Positions 9,780 through 20,000 of a stretch of 20,000 nucleotides of DNA are shown here, one piece after another. Below the pieces are notes generated by a model, which searched no databases, had not been told where the DNA came from, and was given only the letters and a program-made list of their open reading frames with translations. The DNA lies in assembly GCA_013115125.1 (NCBI GenBank), contig JABANN010000121.1, forward strand, positions 48,203 to 68,202, written 5' to 3'. The position numbers and the translations under genes were made by a program. Origin of the DNA: Perkinsus olseni. Lineage: Eukaryota. Positions within the stretch are counted from its first letter, which is position 1. The number at the start of each line of letters is the position of its first letter.

Positions 9780-11318
9780 TCGCAGCTTGACTCCACTTAG
9801 TGGGTGGTATCATGCGCTGTTGCAATGTCATCATGCCAGGTACGATCCGCTCGCAGCACAGAATGGAGCAGTGAATTTTAGCTCACCACCCAGTGAACGC
9901 TGAGTCTTCTCTGGTCGACGTGAGCCTGTTGGATGAAAGTGACCGTTTGTGCCTGTCCATTCCATGTTTCTCTGCTGACCGAATGTAACATGAAGTGGTG
10001 GCCTTCGATTGAGTTATGCAGTAAATAAATGCTTGTTCGAGCGTGGGCACGGTTAGGAAAGCATGCTACAATTCCGATGAAGGTATCTCCTCACTATGTC
10101 TCTTGCGTTAAGATTTCTCAAGTGTATAGAATTGCCATGACAGCCGGTACCCCTAGTGCTGAGGGACGTGGCGATTGCACCATGCATGTACGATGTATAA
10201 GGGAATCTCCGATCGATCTTCTGTGTTGTTTGCCCTCATGGCTGTGGTATACCGGAACACCTTCGATTCTTTCAGCGACGAAGCATTATCATTCCGACGT
10301 CTTTCTACAACTGAACGTGTGTATTCATAGCGAGGTTGACGACGACACCGTGGCTAAGGCCAAGCCAGCGGGGGCTCCGTGGATGACGAAGATACCAACC
10401 CGCACATAGGAAGCACTCTTCCGTTATGTGCGCCTTCACCCGACCCAGGCAAACTAAAGACGAAATGCTCAAGTACGAGTAGGAGTGTGCTCCGTACAAC
10501 TAGCTTTCCTGCTTAGAACTCTCGCGAGAACATGCATATAGATAGCGAAACTAATTCAATCTTAATGCTGAGTGCTGTGAACGCAAAATCGAGCATTGGA
10601 TGCTCTTACGCGTACAGCCAAGCTTAGTATTCTCCGGAAACAACCCTCTACATCTTTCGTTCAGCTACGACTCTCACGATAACGGACGAAAGTAGACCGC
10701 GTGAACAACACAGTGAACTTGAACGCAACACCATATGTGAGCTGGGATGCCAATATTGACCTATTACGCTACATCCTATTGGAAATCTATACGATCTCAC
10801 AGGCGATTGGCAGTACGAAATGCGCGAATAAAATGATGTCGATGCATACGAAGCAAGCAATCCGCTTCGATTACACAGGAAACTACCAACCCTTAGTACC
10901 GTCGGAATATAACAGAAGTTCTAGTATCGAACAAGCATCATGCTGGAGAGTGTCCCGCGAGTACCCGAATGACAGGCGCTCTTGACGGGGTACCCTCTGC
11001 CCTATAGGCGTAAAATTGCACAGTATGCACATAACGAAAGCTTATCTTCACATGGCACAACACGCAAATGGCGATGATACCATTCCGATGTTGCGCACGC
11101 TGTGAAAAGAATCGTATAGAGAATACTTCCTACAAAAGGATACCGACTAGCAACGAACGGGGTGGGTAAAAACGGGCTCGACGCCACGTGTACAACTACG
11201 AAGTCGCTGACACCTTCCGCAAAATAGTTGCAGTACAGCTCATCGAGGTCGTAATAGAATGATAAGAAACAGTCGATAACTACAGAGGAGCATGAAAGAT
11301 ATTCTATCAACTCTTCGC

Positions 11319-11918
11319 TCAGTGAGCCATAGGGCACTTGGTTTCTTCCTTCACGGAAGGCAGGTCAAAGCCTGGAATGTGAGGAGCAGTATGGGAGATC
11401 TTCACCTCCGACTCGGTTCGGTTACGGAACAGCTTCATAGGGCACTCACCATGTTGAGGACCTTCCTCGGCGCGGTTTTCCGTGAAGGGACCATAGGCGG
11501 CCATGAAGACGCAGAGACCGTGAATGTAGGGCTCTACAAACTCCCGAGGAAGATTGAACTCCTCACAAGCTCTGAACTGCATACGGATCCAGCGATTTCG
11601 CTGTGCCTGCGTGAAGCCAGCCCCGACGTACCCAGCCTCCTTAGGTGCTGTTGCACGATGAGGGCAGTGCTGTGCCTTCTTGTGCATAGTGTTGATCATC
11701 CGAGTACCACCTCGCTTCGTCATTTCATCGTCAAGACCGAGCGCAGTAAACAGCCATCGGCAGAACATCTTGTAGTGAGGCTCTTCCTTGTCCTCGTACA
11801 AGCAGCCGAGAATGGGGTCCTCGAAAGACAGCTCATAGAATCTCTTCACGACCATGAGGACGGCCTCTCGGCCTCCTACGCGATCGGCCAAATCTGCTGG
11901 GAAAAGGTGCATTACCAT
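11319..11918 (-). CDS. Truncated (2/2) hemoglobin, group II (trHbO)-like, with Cys-Pro motif extensions (199 aa, intronless)
   Basis: The sequence DRVGGREAVLMVVKRFYELSFEDPILGCLY carries the GG motif, PheB9-TyrB10 and a Tyr at CD1. The proximal His F8 is in RGGTRMINTMH and Trp G8 is in QRNRWIRM. These are hallmark residues of group II truncated globins. Confidence 0.88.
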   Translation of the reverse strand: MVMHLFPADLADRVGGREAVLMVVKRFYELSFEDPILGCLYEDKEEPHYKMFCRWLFTALGLDDEMTKRGGTRMINTMHKKAQHCPHRATAPKEAGYVGAGFTQAQRNRWIRMQFRACEEFNLPREFVEPYIHGLCVFMAAYGPFTENRAEEGPQHGECPMKLFRNRTESEVKISHTAPHIPGFDLPSVKEETKCPMAH

Positions 11919-11997
11919 GATTTAATTTACAAAGAAAATGAAACTGGTAAGCGCACACGCGGTCTTCGAACTCTTCTGCAGCCTCATGTTGATATTC

Positions 11998-12079
11998 GTA
12001 GAGAACATGGTTTTTTTTGAGTGGAAACGAAATTATACACGTCTGACATGGTAGATTATACATGGTAGAGAACATGGTT
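11998..12079. repeat. Short direct-repeat cluster upstream of the globin gene
   Basis: GTAGAGAACATGGTT at 11998-12012 and 12065-12079; ACATGGT four times (12005, 12046, 12060, 12072). Confidence 0.7.
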
Positions 12080-12534
12080 AGAGTGCTTCACCTCAACGTG
12101 AACAACCGATCTGTGTCCACTGATGCTGCACGCGTACCCCTCAATCTTGGCTACCTTGCCAACCTCGCAATTTCTCTGTCCTCCGCGTTGTCGCGGTATG
12201 GGGGGCGTGTCATCACTGATGATGCATCGGCTGTGGGGCTATGGTTCCCTATTTGATCCATTTTTAGACGAAACGCTGCCGATCGGGCTTTCGGCTGTCT
12301 CTGGATAACCTTTAAAACGTTATGCAAGAAGCGCGATAATCGTTCGATACCGGAAACCACTGCCGGGCAGGCCGCGATGTATCGCATCCCCGTGATGTGC
12401 TCCTCGAAGGGGCTCAATCTACGAACGCATATCTTGCGCTCTCCCGCGTAATCTACTAGCCTCGCACGCATTGAAAGCCATGCGCGATTACCATCTTTAC
12501 AATCCAATAAGCTTTGTGTGGCAGTTGTTCAGTC

Positions 12535-15500
12535 ATGGGATGCTCTTTTTCGAAACAAGAAGGGTTGACGGCTCAGCCGACGCATCGGCCCGGGCACGCT
12601 GACAAGCACTCGGTTAAGTCAGCGGTAACTACGGCGGATGGTACCACAAAGAAGACACCTACACAGGTAATTCGCGGGGGGCACCTTGCGCGCGAGTCGG
12701 GTGGGGTATCTTCGGGTCGAACCTGGTGAAATATCTTGAGGTTGACTATAGGCAGTATCGCGAGGTTGCAACGGCGCGGTATCTCGAGCTTGACGCTGGT
12801 ATGATATTTTGGATTCGATAGAACGCGCCAGTCATTGTTCTAATTGAGTCCTCCACGGTTTTCTTTAGTTCGGTCGAGGAGCGCATTACGATACCCTGAG
12901 GGAATTTCATCATTCCTGTCGGCGGGTGAACTTTCGCGATTTCTCGGTCAGATTGCTACTAATGGCGAAGCTTCTGCGACGACAACAGATCGTCCAGCGA
13001 GTCCTGCTACTACTGTACCCACTTTGGCCCCGCAGGTTTCGAGGGTCTACACTGAGTCTCTCTCGCAAGTCGCCCGAGATGTGGCCAAGGACTCTCAGCA
13101 AGCCGTCCTAGACTTCGATAAGGACTCCCGTTTCCAGACCACCGGTGTCACCAATGGAGTCACCATATTGAACCGACTTTCGAGCGAGGGCTGCTCTCGG
13201 GCTGTGGCGGGAAAGATCGTCTTACCGGAAGGTCTCGGCTTCACTATCGACCAGGTGGTCGAGTTCCTCATGAACACCGAGGCACGATCCACTTGGGACT
13301 CAACGCTGAAGCGCTGGAGAGTCATAGAGAAGTTTGAGAACGCGGAGCCGCCTGTTTGCATTTGCTGGGCGGCTACACGCAACCTCAGTGGCGTGTTAGA
13401 CGATCGAGATTTCGTCTTTGCAATGATGGCCGAGAAGCTGTCGCCCACGCGAACAGTTATTTCATATCGTTCGCTTGACTTGGTGGACTACCCCGAAGGC
13501 AAATACGACTTGTCTCTCGTTCGTGGTACCATCGTCAACTCTGGTTACATTGTCGAATCCCTTGATGGGGTTATTTTTGTATCGCTCTTTGAGGAAATTG
13601 ATCTCGGCGGGAGTGCCCCATTATTCCTAGCCGATCGTGAGTTGGACGGCTCTTTATTGAAGCTCGCGGGGTTGCATGCGGCTATCGCGTCCCATGAGGT
13701 GTCGGTTCCCCCAGTGAAGTCGAAAAATACAGCTGAATTGGCCAAGTCCGATGGGAAGGTGAGTGACCTCGGATGCTTCGGTTGAACTCAGATTCATTTT
13801 GAAACGCTCAGGTACCGGAGCCAGCTGAACGACCATCCACCCAGCTCGTGGCCGAAGGTGAGGAGGCATCCCTGAGCGAGGAAGGCCAGCGTATGATGAA
13901 GATCGGGCTTAGTGCTCAGAAGGCTTTACTGGCATTTGAAAGTGATAAGTCCTTCAAGAGCAAGGGCAAGTCTGGTCCCGTCGAGCTCTCCGTGAGACCA
14001 CAGAACGGCAGTGAGATGCAGGTGGTATGTGGGAAGATGAACTGGGGCAAGAAATACACTATCTCTCAAGTGATGGAGTTCCTCGATGACCTGTCCAACA
14101 AGGTCAACTGGGATTATCAGTTGATCGAGGGCAAGGTGCTGAAGAGTTATTTAAACGATGGTGAAAGAAGAGTAACGCTAAACTGGACCTCCTATAAAGG
14201 GGAGATGGGAGTAGCTGGTAGAGATTTTGTTTATGCTGCCGTGAACGAGAAAGTGTCTGGAAACAAGGGCGTCATGACGTGTCGGTCAGTTGACTTGGAT
14301 GAGTTCCCAGAGCATAAGTTCTCGGCTGAAGCGTGTAGAGGCTTCATTCAAAATGCTGGTTATGTGATCGAGAAGGTTCAGAGTGGCGACTTGATGGTAT
14401 CTTTCTATAACCAAGTTGATGTCCGAGGATCCGTCCCAACGTGGGTAGTGAATAAGGCTACTATGAAGCAGCCAATGAGCTTGGTACCTGCTTTTGCATC
14501 CATCAAAAATTATGAATTCAAACCCGCACCGGCGAAAAAAGTGGTTGAGTCCGCGAAGACAGAGAAGGTAAGCATTTTCACGATTGATTCTTCCCTGGGA
14601 TTGTCCATCATTCGTCAAATCGCTTCAGAAACCACTGAAGGAGAACGCTGGCGAGTCTCAGACTTCTAAAGCGACTCCCGAGGGGGCATCAACAAATCCC
14701 AAGTCTGACCAGAAAGTAAGTGATCTCGAGCACTGTCGTCTCACTCAGAGTTATTGTCGAATGCTTAGGCGCCTAAGGAAGCCGAAGGAGTATCCCCGTC
14801 AGTCAATGCTGAGCCCGACGAAACAGGTCTGAGCGACGAAGGCGAGCGTATGATGAAGCTCGGCCTAGACGCCCAAGCAGCTCTTCTGGCGTTCGAAAAT
14901 GACAAGTCCTTCAAGAGCAAGGGGAGGTCTGGTCCCGTCGAGCTCTCCGTGAGAGCACAGAACGGCAGTGAGATGCAGGTGGTATGTGGGAAGATGAACT
15001 GGGGCAAGAAATATACTATCTCTCAAGTGATGGAGTTTCTTGGCGATTTGACTAATAAAGTCAACTGGGATGATCAGTTGATCGAGGGCAAATTGTTAAA
15101 GAGCTATCTGAACGACGGTAAGAGAGAAGTTACTTTGAGCTGGACCTCATACAAGGGCGAAATGGGAGTAGCTGGTAGGGACTTTATTTATGCTGCCGTG
15201 AACGAGAAAGTGTCTGAAAACAAGGGCGTCATGACATGCCGGTCAGTTGACTTGGATGAATTCCCAGAGCATAAGTTCTCGGCTGAAGCGTGTAGAGGCT
15301 TCATTCAAAATGCTGGTTATGTGATCGAGAAGGTTCAGAGTGGCGACTTGATGGTATCTTTCTATAACCAAGTTGATGTCCGAGGATCCGTCCCAACGTG
15401 GGTAGTGAATAAGGCTACTATGAAGCAGCCAATGAGCTTGGTACCTGCTTTTGCATCCATCAAAAATTATAAATTCAAACCAGCGCCGGTGCGGAAGGTG

Positions 15501-16400
15501 GCCGAGCCCGCGAAAACGGAGAAGGTGAGAGATATCGGAATCGAGCTCTTACTGTGATTTTCCGCAACTCAGCATAATTTTCAGGTCACACCGGTAGAGA
15601 AACCACAAACCACTCAGGAACCTAAGACTCCCGAAGGGTCCCGCAGCGTAGTACCAGCGAAGCCCAGTTCCGAGAGTGCTCCCGAGCTGGCATCGCCTCA
15701 AGCGAAGATGGCCCTCGATGCCGGTAAAGCTGCGCAGAAAGCGCTGTTAGGGTTCGAGGAAGACCAGGCTTTCAAATCGCAGGGTCGGTCCGGTAACGTC
15801 GACTTGTTCGTACGTCCGCAGACGACGACTGAGAGACAGGTGGTCTGCGGTAAAATGAGTTTCGGCAAGGAGTACACCATCGAGCAGATCATGCAGTTCA
15901 TCAATGATTTGGCGTTGAAGGAAACCTGGGATAGCCAGTTCCAGGGCGGTAGGGTGCTCGAGACCTACACGAAATCAGCAAGTTTTTCTCTCAATCTGAC
16001 CTGGGCTGCCTACAAGAAGGAGATGGGTGTTGCTGGTCGTGACTTCGTGTACGCTGTCCTTACCGAGATGGTTTCCCCGACACTTGGCGTTATCGCCACG
16101 CGCTCGGTAAGGAGAGACGACTACGCTGAGCACAAGTTCTTGGCCACTCACTGCAGAGGCTTCATTGATAATGCCGGATATGTTGTTCACGATGTCGATG
16201 GTGAGAAGATTGTGTCTTTCTACAACCAAGTAGATGTTGGTGGGTCGGTTCCCACGTGGATCGGCAATAAAGTTCAAATGAGACAGCCGACGAGTTTAGA
16301 TGCTACCTTCAGTGCTATGAAAAAGCACAAGTTTTGGCCTCCTTCGTCCGCCCAGGAGAAGGAGGCTCCCGAAGGAGCTGCAGGAGTGAGCGGCGCATAA
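12535..16400 (+). CDS. Four-START-domain lipid-transfer protein with N-terminal myristoylation/palmitoylation motif (~1117 aa, 6 exons)
   Basis: Exons: 12535-12666, 12952-13758, 13812-14567, 14629-14715, 14769-15524, 15585-16400; all introns are GT-AG and phase 0. It begins MGCSFSK. Each large exon carries START hallmarks (e.g. RSTWDSTL/KVNWD/KETWD, RDFVY/RDFVF, RGFIQNAGYVIE, QVDVRGSVPTWVVN). Confidence 0.88.
13812..15524 (+). repeat. Intragenic tandem duplication of START exons (957-bp offset)
   Basis: Exons 13812-14567 and 14769-15524 are both 756 nt and both follow a 53-nt intron. 14304-14513 is identical to 15261-15470 over 210 bp. Confidence 0.92.
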
Positions 16401-16749
16401 TGACTTATCGGTCGTGTGAGGTCGTGCTTTTACCAGTTTTGGTATGCCCGTTATTTATGAGAATCGTCATCTGTCGGAAGTTTTTGGTCGTTTTGCTGTT
16501 GGAGCGTTTTTGACCGGTGGTCACGCCGTTGATCACGTAGTCAACCTGATCACCTTGTCCAGCTGATATATTTCATTTCTCGCTTTGAGGTTTACTAACA
16601 CAAACTGAGAATCGAGTTCCGCTTTTCCGTCACGAGGGGCGGTTTTGGGTTGATCAATCGGCGAAAAGTAGATCGGGGTGCCAGCTGGGTTGAACTAATT
16701 CTGATATCAAAGCTTGCTGTCAGAGGTTAGGGGGAAGTGGACCGCCTCG

Positions 16750-17107
16750 TGAGTCCACAGTGGACTCAGTGACGTGCCGTGCTCAGTACCGAGTGACTCG
16801 GCACGGGGAGGCTCGCGCTTCGCCGAGAATGTGAACAGATGCGAGCCTGGGTCCAGACGATTGGCGGCCAGACACTGGTCCCTCACTTCGCGATTGACTG
16901 TCAATCATCGACACACAGCGTGGATCTTGGGGCGAAATTATCGCTGAGGCTTCGCAAAATGCCCGCGGAGTGAACTCGCACTGAGCCAACAGCGTCGTGC
17001 GCATGCGTGCGAACAAGTAACGGCGTCACTCCCCGACGGCGACTCGCCGTGACCATTGACAGCGGTCCATTGTAGTTGCCATGCTACTCTGAGTACTCAG
17101 TAGCATG
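16750..17107. promoter_or_regulatory. Cluster of GAGT/ACTC palindromes in the intergenic region (candidate cis-elements)
   Basis: TGAGTCCAC-A-GTGGACTCA (16750-16768), GTACCGAGT-G-ACTCGGCAC (16786-16804), ACGGCGA-C-TCGCCGT (about 17035-17049), CATGCTACTCTGAGTACTCAGTAGCATG (17080-17107). A regulatory role is inferred only. Confidence 0.3.
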
Positions 17108-17401
17108 ACGTGACCTGGCTCTTCGCGGCCCGAAGGCCGATTTGTACTGGCGTACACCGCATCCGAATAGCTATGTTGAGTGGGCGGCTCGCGGGAATAT
17201 AGCGACACGTTATCGCACCTCACAGTTGCCAAAGAACTTGTCGCCATTATTGATTGGTTGACTGCTGGTTCTTTGCACTCGCGTCGTTTTCGCTCTCTTC
17301 TGCTCAACTCACAATTCCGCTCTTCAGGGGGAGGAATGACCATTGACTACAACCTTGATGCAAGCTCTTGTGCCAGTTGCGTCTGCTAGTTTCCGCTTCC
17401 A

Positions 17402-18034
17402 ATGGATGCCGTTAAAGATGCTCAGACTGTACTGCTCGGATACGAGAAGGACGAGGGCTTTAAGTCCAGTGGCAAGTCGGGTGATGTCGACTTGTCTGTT
17501 CGACCGCCGACGGCCACCGAAAGGCAGGTGGTCTGTGGCAAGATGAGCTTCGGTAGTGATTATACCATCCAACAGATCATGGACTTCATCAATGACCTGT
17601 CGGTCAAAGGGACTTGGGACAGCCAGTTTCAAGAGGGCAAAATACTCGAGACGTACACTGAAACGGAGTCGCAAGATTTTATGCTGTGCTGGGCAGCTTA
17701 CAGAAAGCAGTTTGGAATCTCTGGTCGTGACTTTGTGTACGAGGTTCTCACTGAGATGCTCTCTCCTACCCTCGGTGTTATCGCCACTCGGTCGGTTAAG
17801 AGGGAGGACTACCCAGAGAAGAAGTTTTTGGATACCCATTGCAGGGGCTTTATCGACAATGCGGGTTATATTATCCGTGATGTCGACGGCGAGAAGATTG
17901 TAGCTTATTATAACCAATTGGATGTGGGCGGCTTGGTACCGACTTGGATCGTGAACAAAGTGCAGATTAAACAACCTACCAGTCTGAACGCCACCTTCAA
18001 GGCCCTTAAGGACTACCAGTTCAGCTCTGCCTAA
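17402..18034 (+). CDS. Single START-domain lipid-transfer protein (210 aa), paralog of the 4th START domain upstream
   Basis: Colinear with the ORF at 15708-16400 (ERQVVCGKMSFG, WDSQFQ, GRDFVY, SPTLGVIATRSV, THCRGFIDNAGY, DVGGxVPTWI). It has its own ATG and TAA. Confidence 0.88.
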   Translation: MDAVKDAQTVLLGYEKDEGFKSSGKSGDVDLSVRPPTATERQVVCGKMSFGSDYTIQQIMDFINDLSVKGTWDSQFQEGKILETYTETESQDFMLCWAAYRKQFGISGRDFVYEVLTEMLSPTLGVIATRSVKREDYPEKKFLDTHCRGFIDNAGYIIRDVDGEKIVAYYNQLDVGGLVPTWIVNKVQIKQPTSLNATFKALKDYQFSSA

Positions 18035-18714
18035 ACTCAACGCGCGCTGACGAACGCCCTCAAAAAGGTGCTGGTCGTCGTTGGGAGGTGCAGAGATCGC
18101 ATACTGGACACAGTTTTCAGATTTTTATACGAGGCCGATGGCGTTAGCCGCCATTAAGATTAGATACTACTCCTCGGCTATGGGGACTCCGTGGCAACTC
18201 AGCGATTCCGCGCTGCTTTTTCCTCGCAATAAGGCTCATCAAGCGAGCTGCATATATGGTCAACCAAGGCAGTTATTTTCCTATTCTCCCGAGATTGTTG
18301 TGTTGGTTAGTCGGATTGAATGCACGAGGGGATTTGGCTCTCACAGAGCGAAGCCTTCGCACCGCCAACATGCTTTCTTTGCGTCAGCCTATTAGGAGAG
18401 GAATCTTCGAACAATGTGGGTTACTAGCAGGTCACCCGCGAGTTACTCGCGGCGAGTAGACCAAGTCCATCGAAGCAAGACCACGTTAAAGTAGAACTGA
18501 TCTCGACAGTTCGCAGTGACCGAATACGGCCGGTTATCCGCTAGGGAGAGCAACTTGCCAAAGGCAAGACTTGGTGAACCTCCCATAGCCCACTCTTCGC
18601 AATGTGGGCTGAATTGTGTTCTGAGAGAAAGTGCTCTCCAGAGGATGGAGCAACACTCTCGATAACTAGGAACTCAACAACTGTAGTGGCCACCAACTTT
18701 GAACGATGATTATA

Positions 18715-19868
18715 TTAAAAACTCCCTGTGAACCCAACTGATTTCAGAAAAGATGTAATACTTGAATTCACCGCGTCCGGGAATTCCTGCATGACCTAAC
18801 ATAGGAACGGCTGCATGCCTGAGCAGATTTCCAACAGGCAAGTGTTATACCTGATGACCAGCTCCTTTAACAATCTCCAAGTGCTGATGAAATCCCCCTT
18901 TCGAAGCCTCCTCGAGCGAAACTCTCGTGTACTCTACCGGAGTCGCCTAGAAAGAAAAATCCCCTACTCACACTAACCAATCAGTTGCTCACTTTATCGA
19001 GCTCGCCAACCACGAAAAGGCCATCGGCTTGGCTGCCTTGATGATGCGGAGGAATGAGCACACCTGCTTCCCACTGAGTGTAGAATGCCTTATACATGTA
19101 CACCGGGTTCCTGGCACTGGCCTCCATCTCTTGACGGAACAAGTGAGAGCTAGCTGAAGGTCCAAGAAGCATCGCTCGGAACTGGCGCCCAACCCACGGG
19201 CGGATGAACCAGAGCCACCATCTCGGCTTGTCGAACTGGTTGCGGAGGGCAGGAGCACCGCGAGAGCTGAGCGTTTTGGCGTTAGGCACAGCAAGACACA
19301 CGAAGCCAGCAAGCTTGAGAGTGTTCACCAAATAACGATCCATGGAGAGACCCAGAACGATGGCCGCTCCGTAGGAGTGACCGATGATGACGCTCCCGGG
19401 AGTGGCGAACTTCTCGAGAAAGGCAACCACGTCACTTTTGATCTGAGCGGTGTGGTAGGCCTTGGGGTCATCAGGCTTGTCACTAGCACCGCAACCGAAT
19501 AGATCGAGAGCCACCACTCGTTGCCCGCGAGAAGCGAAGTAGTTCATCTGCTCCTCGAACTGCTGCATGCGAGCACAGCTGCCGTGAATAAAAATGAGAG
19601 CCGGAGCGCCGGTAGAGGCGGGCAGGTTCTCGTAGACAGCGATACGGCGACCAGGTCTGATTTCCACAAGCATCGTACGCTCTTTGCGACGAGCATAGAA
19701 GCCATCTACCAAGGCGGTCGCGCGGCGGTCGTAGAAGACCCAGCGAGTCCACACGTGGTAAGCGAGCCTTAGGGCGATGACAGAGGCCAGGCCGCCTGCA
19801 ACGGCCTCTCCGGCCTTCCTGAGAGCTGGTGGGGGCTGCGGCAATTCCTTCAGAGAAGGGAGGGCCAT
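18715..19868 (-). CDS. Alpha/beta hydrolase, ABHD8-like, with N-terminal membrane anchor (350 aa, 3 exons)
   Basis: Exons: 19868-18993, 18946-18851, 18795-18715 (introns of 46 and 55 nt). Oxyanion motif FIHG, DLFGCGASDKP, nucleophile elbow GHSYG, acid in GELDK, and catalytic His in GAGHQVMQEFPDAVN, which appears only after splicing. Confidence 0.9.
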
Positions 19869-19937
19869 TAAAATGAACCAACTAGCGACTACATGATGCG
19901 GTCAATGACGGTCGGACCACAACTGCTCGTAGCCCTA

Positions 19938-19983
19938 CATCTGTACGTATTTTCATCCGTACGTATTGACATCTGTACGTACA
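19938..19983. repeat. Three tandem 16-bp units containing the TACGTA palindrome, upstream of the hydrolase
   Basis: CATCTGTACGTATT (19938), CATCCGTACGTATT (19954), CATCTGTACGTACA (19970), about 70-115 bp upstream of the minus-strand ATG at 19868. Confidence 0.75.
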
Positions 19984-20000
19984 AATCGTCGCGCGCCATA

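Noticed and set aside
9780-11318. Short ORFs of 64-126 aa between the LicD-like gene and the globin
   Set aside because: No motifs or coherent splice pattern; likely 3' UTR and intergenic sequence.
11292-12020. 242-aa plus-strand ORF
   Set aside because: Antisense shadow of the truncated hemoglobin; no recognisable motifs.
17324-18040. 238-aa minus-strand ORF
   Set aside because: Antisense shadow of the START gene.
18081-18700. Small plus-strand ORFs between the START gene and the hydrolase
   Set aside because: No recognisable product and no consistent splicing model.

Overview
Eukaryotic, gene-dense DNA of roughly 50% GC with many short (mostly 37-70 nt) GT-AG introns. The style resembles a perkinsid alveolate (Perkinsus-like); that is an inference, not a database result. 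The ORF track fragments most genes, so I spliced them by hand. This gave: (1) an intronless type II membrane protein with a LEA_2/WHy-like domain (2561-3436 +); (2) an 8-exon protein with IQ motifs and a C-terminal Neuralized(NHR)/SPRY-like domain (4020-7000 -); (3) a roughly 8-exon LicD/fukutin-like phosphotransferase whose catalytic motif is invisible in the ORF track (7806-9779 +); (4) an intronless group-II-like truncated (2/2) hemoglobin with three Cys-Pro motifs (11319-11918 -); (5) a predicted dually acylated (MGCxxS) protein of about 1117 aa with four START lipid-transfer domains, each on its own phase-0 exon (12535-16400 +); (6) a fifth START domain ORF (17402-18034 +); and (7) a 3-exon ABHD8-like alpha/beta hydrolase (18715-19868 -). 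The first 2.5 kb holds a 147-bp TA-flanked MITE, palindromes and degraded gene-like fragments. I saw no rRNA, tRNA or CRISPR array.
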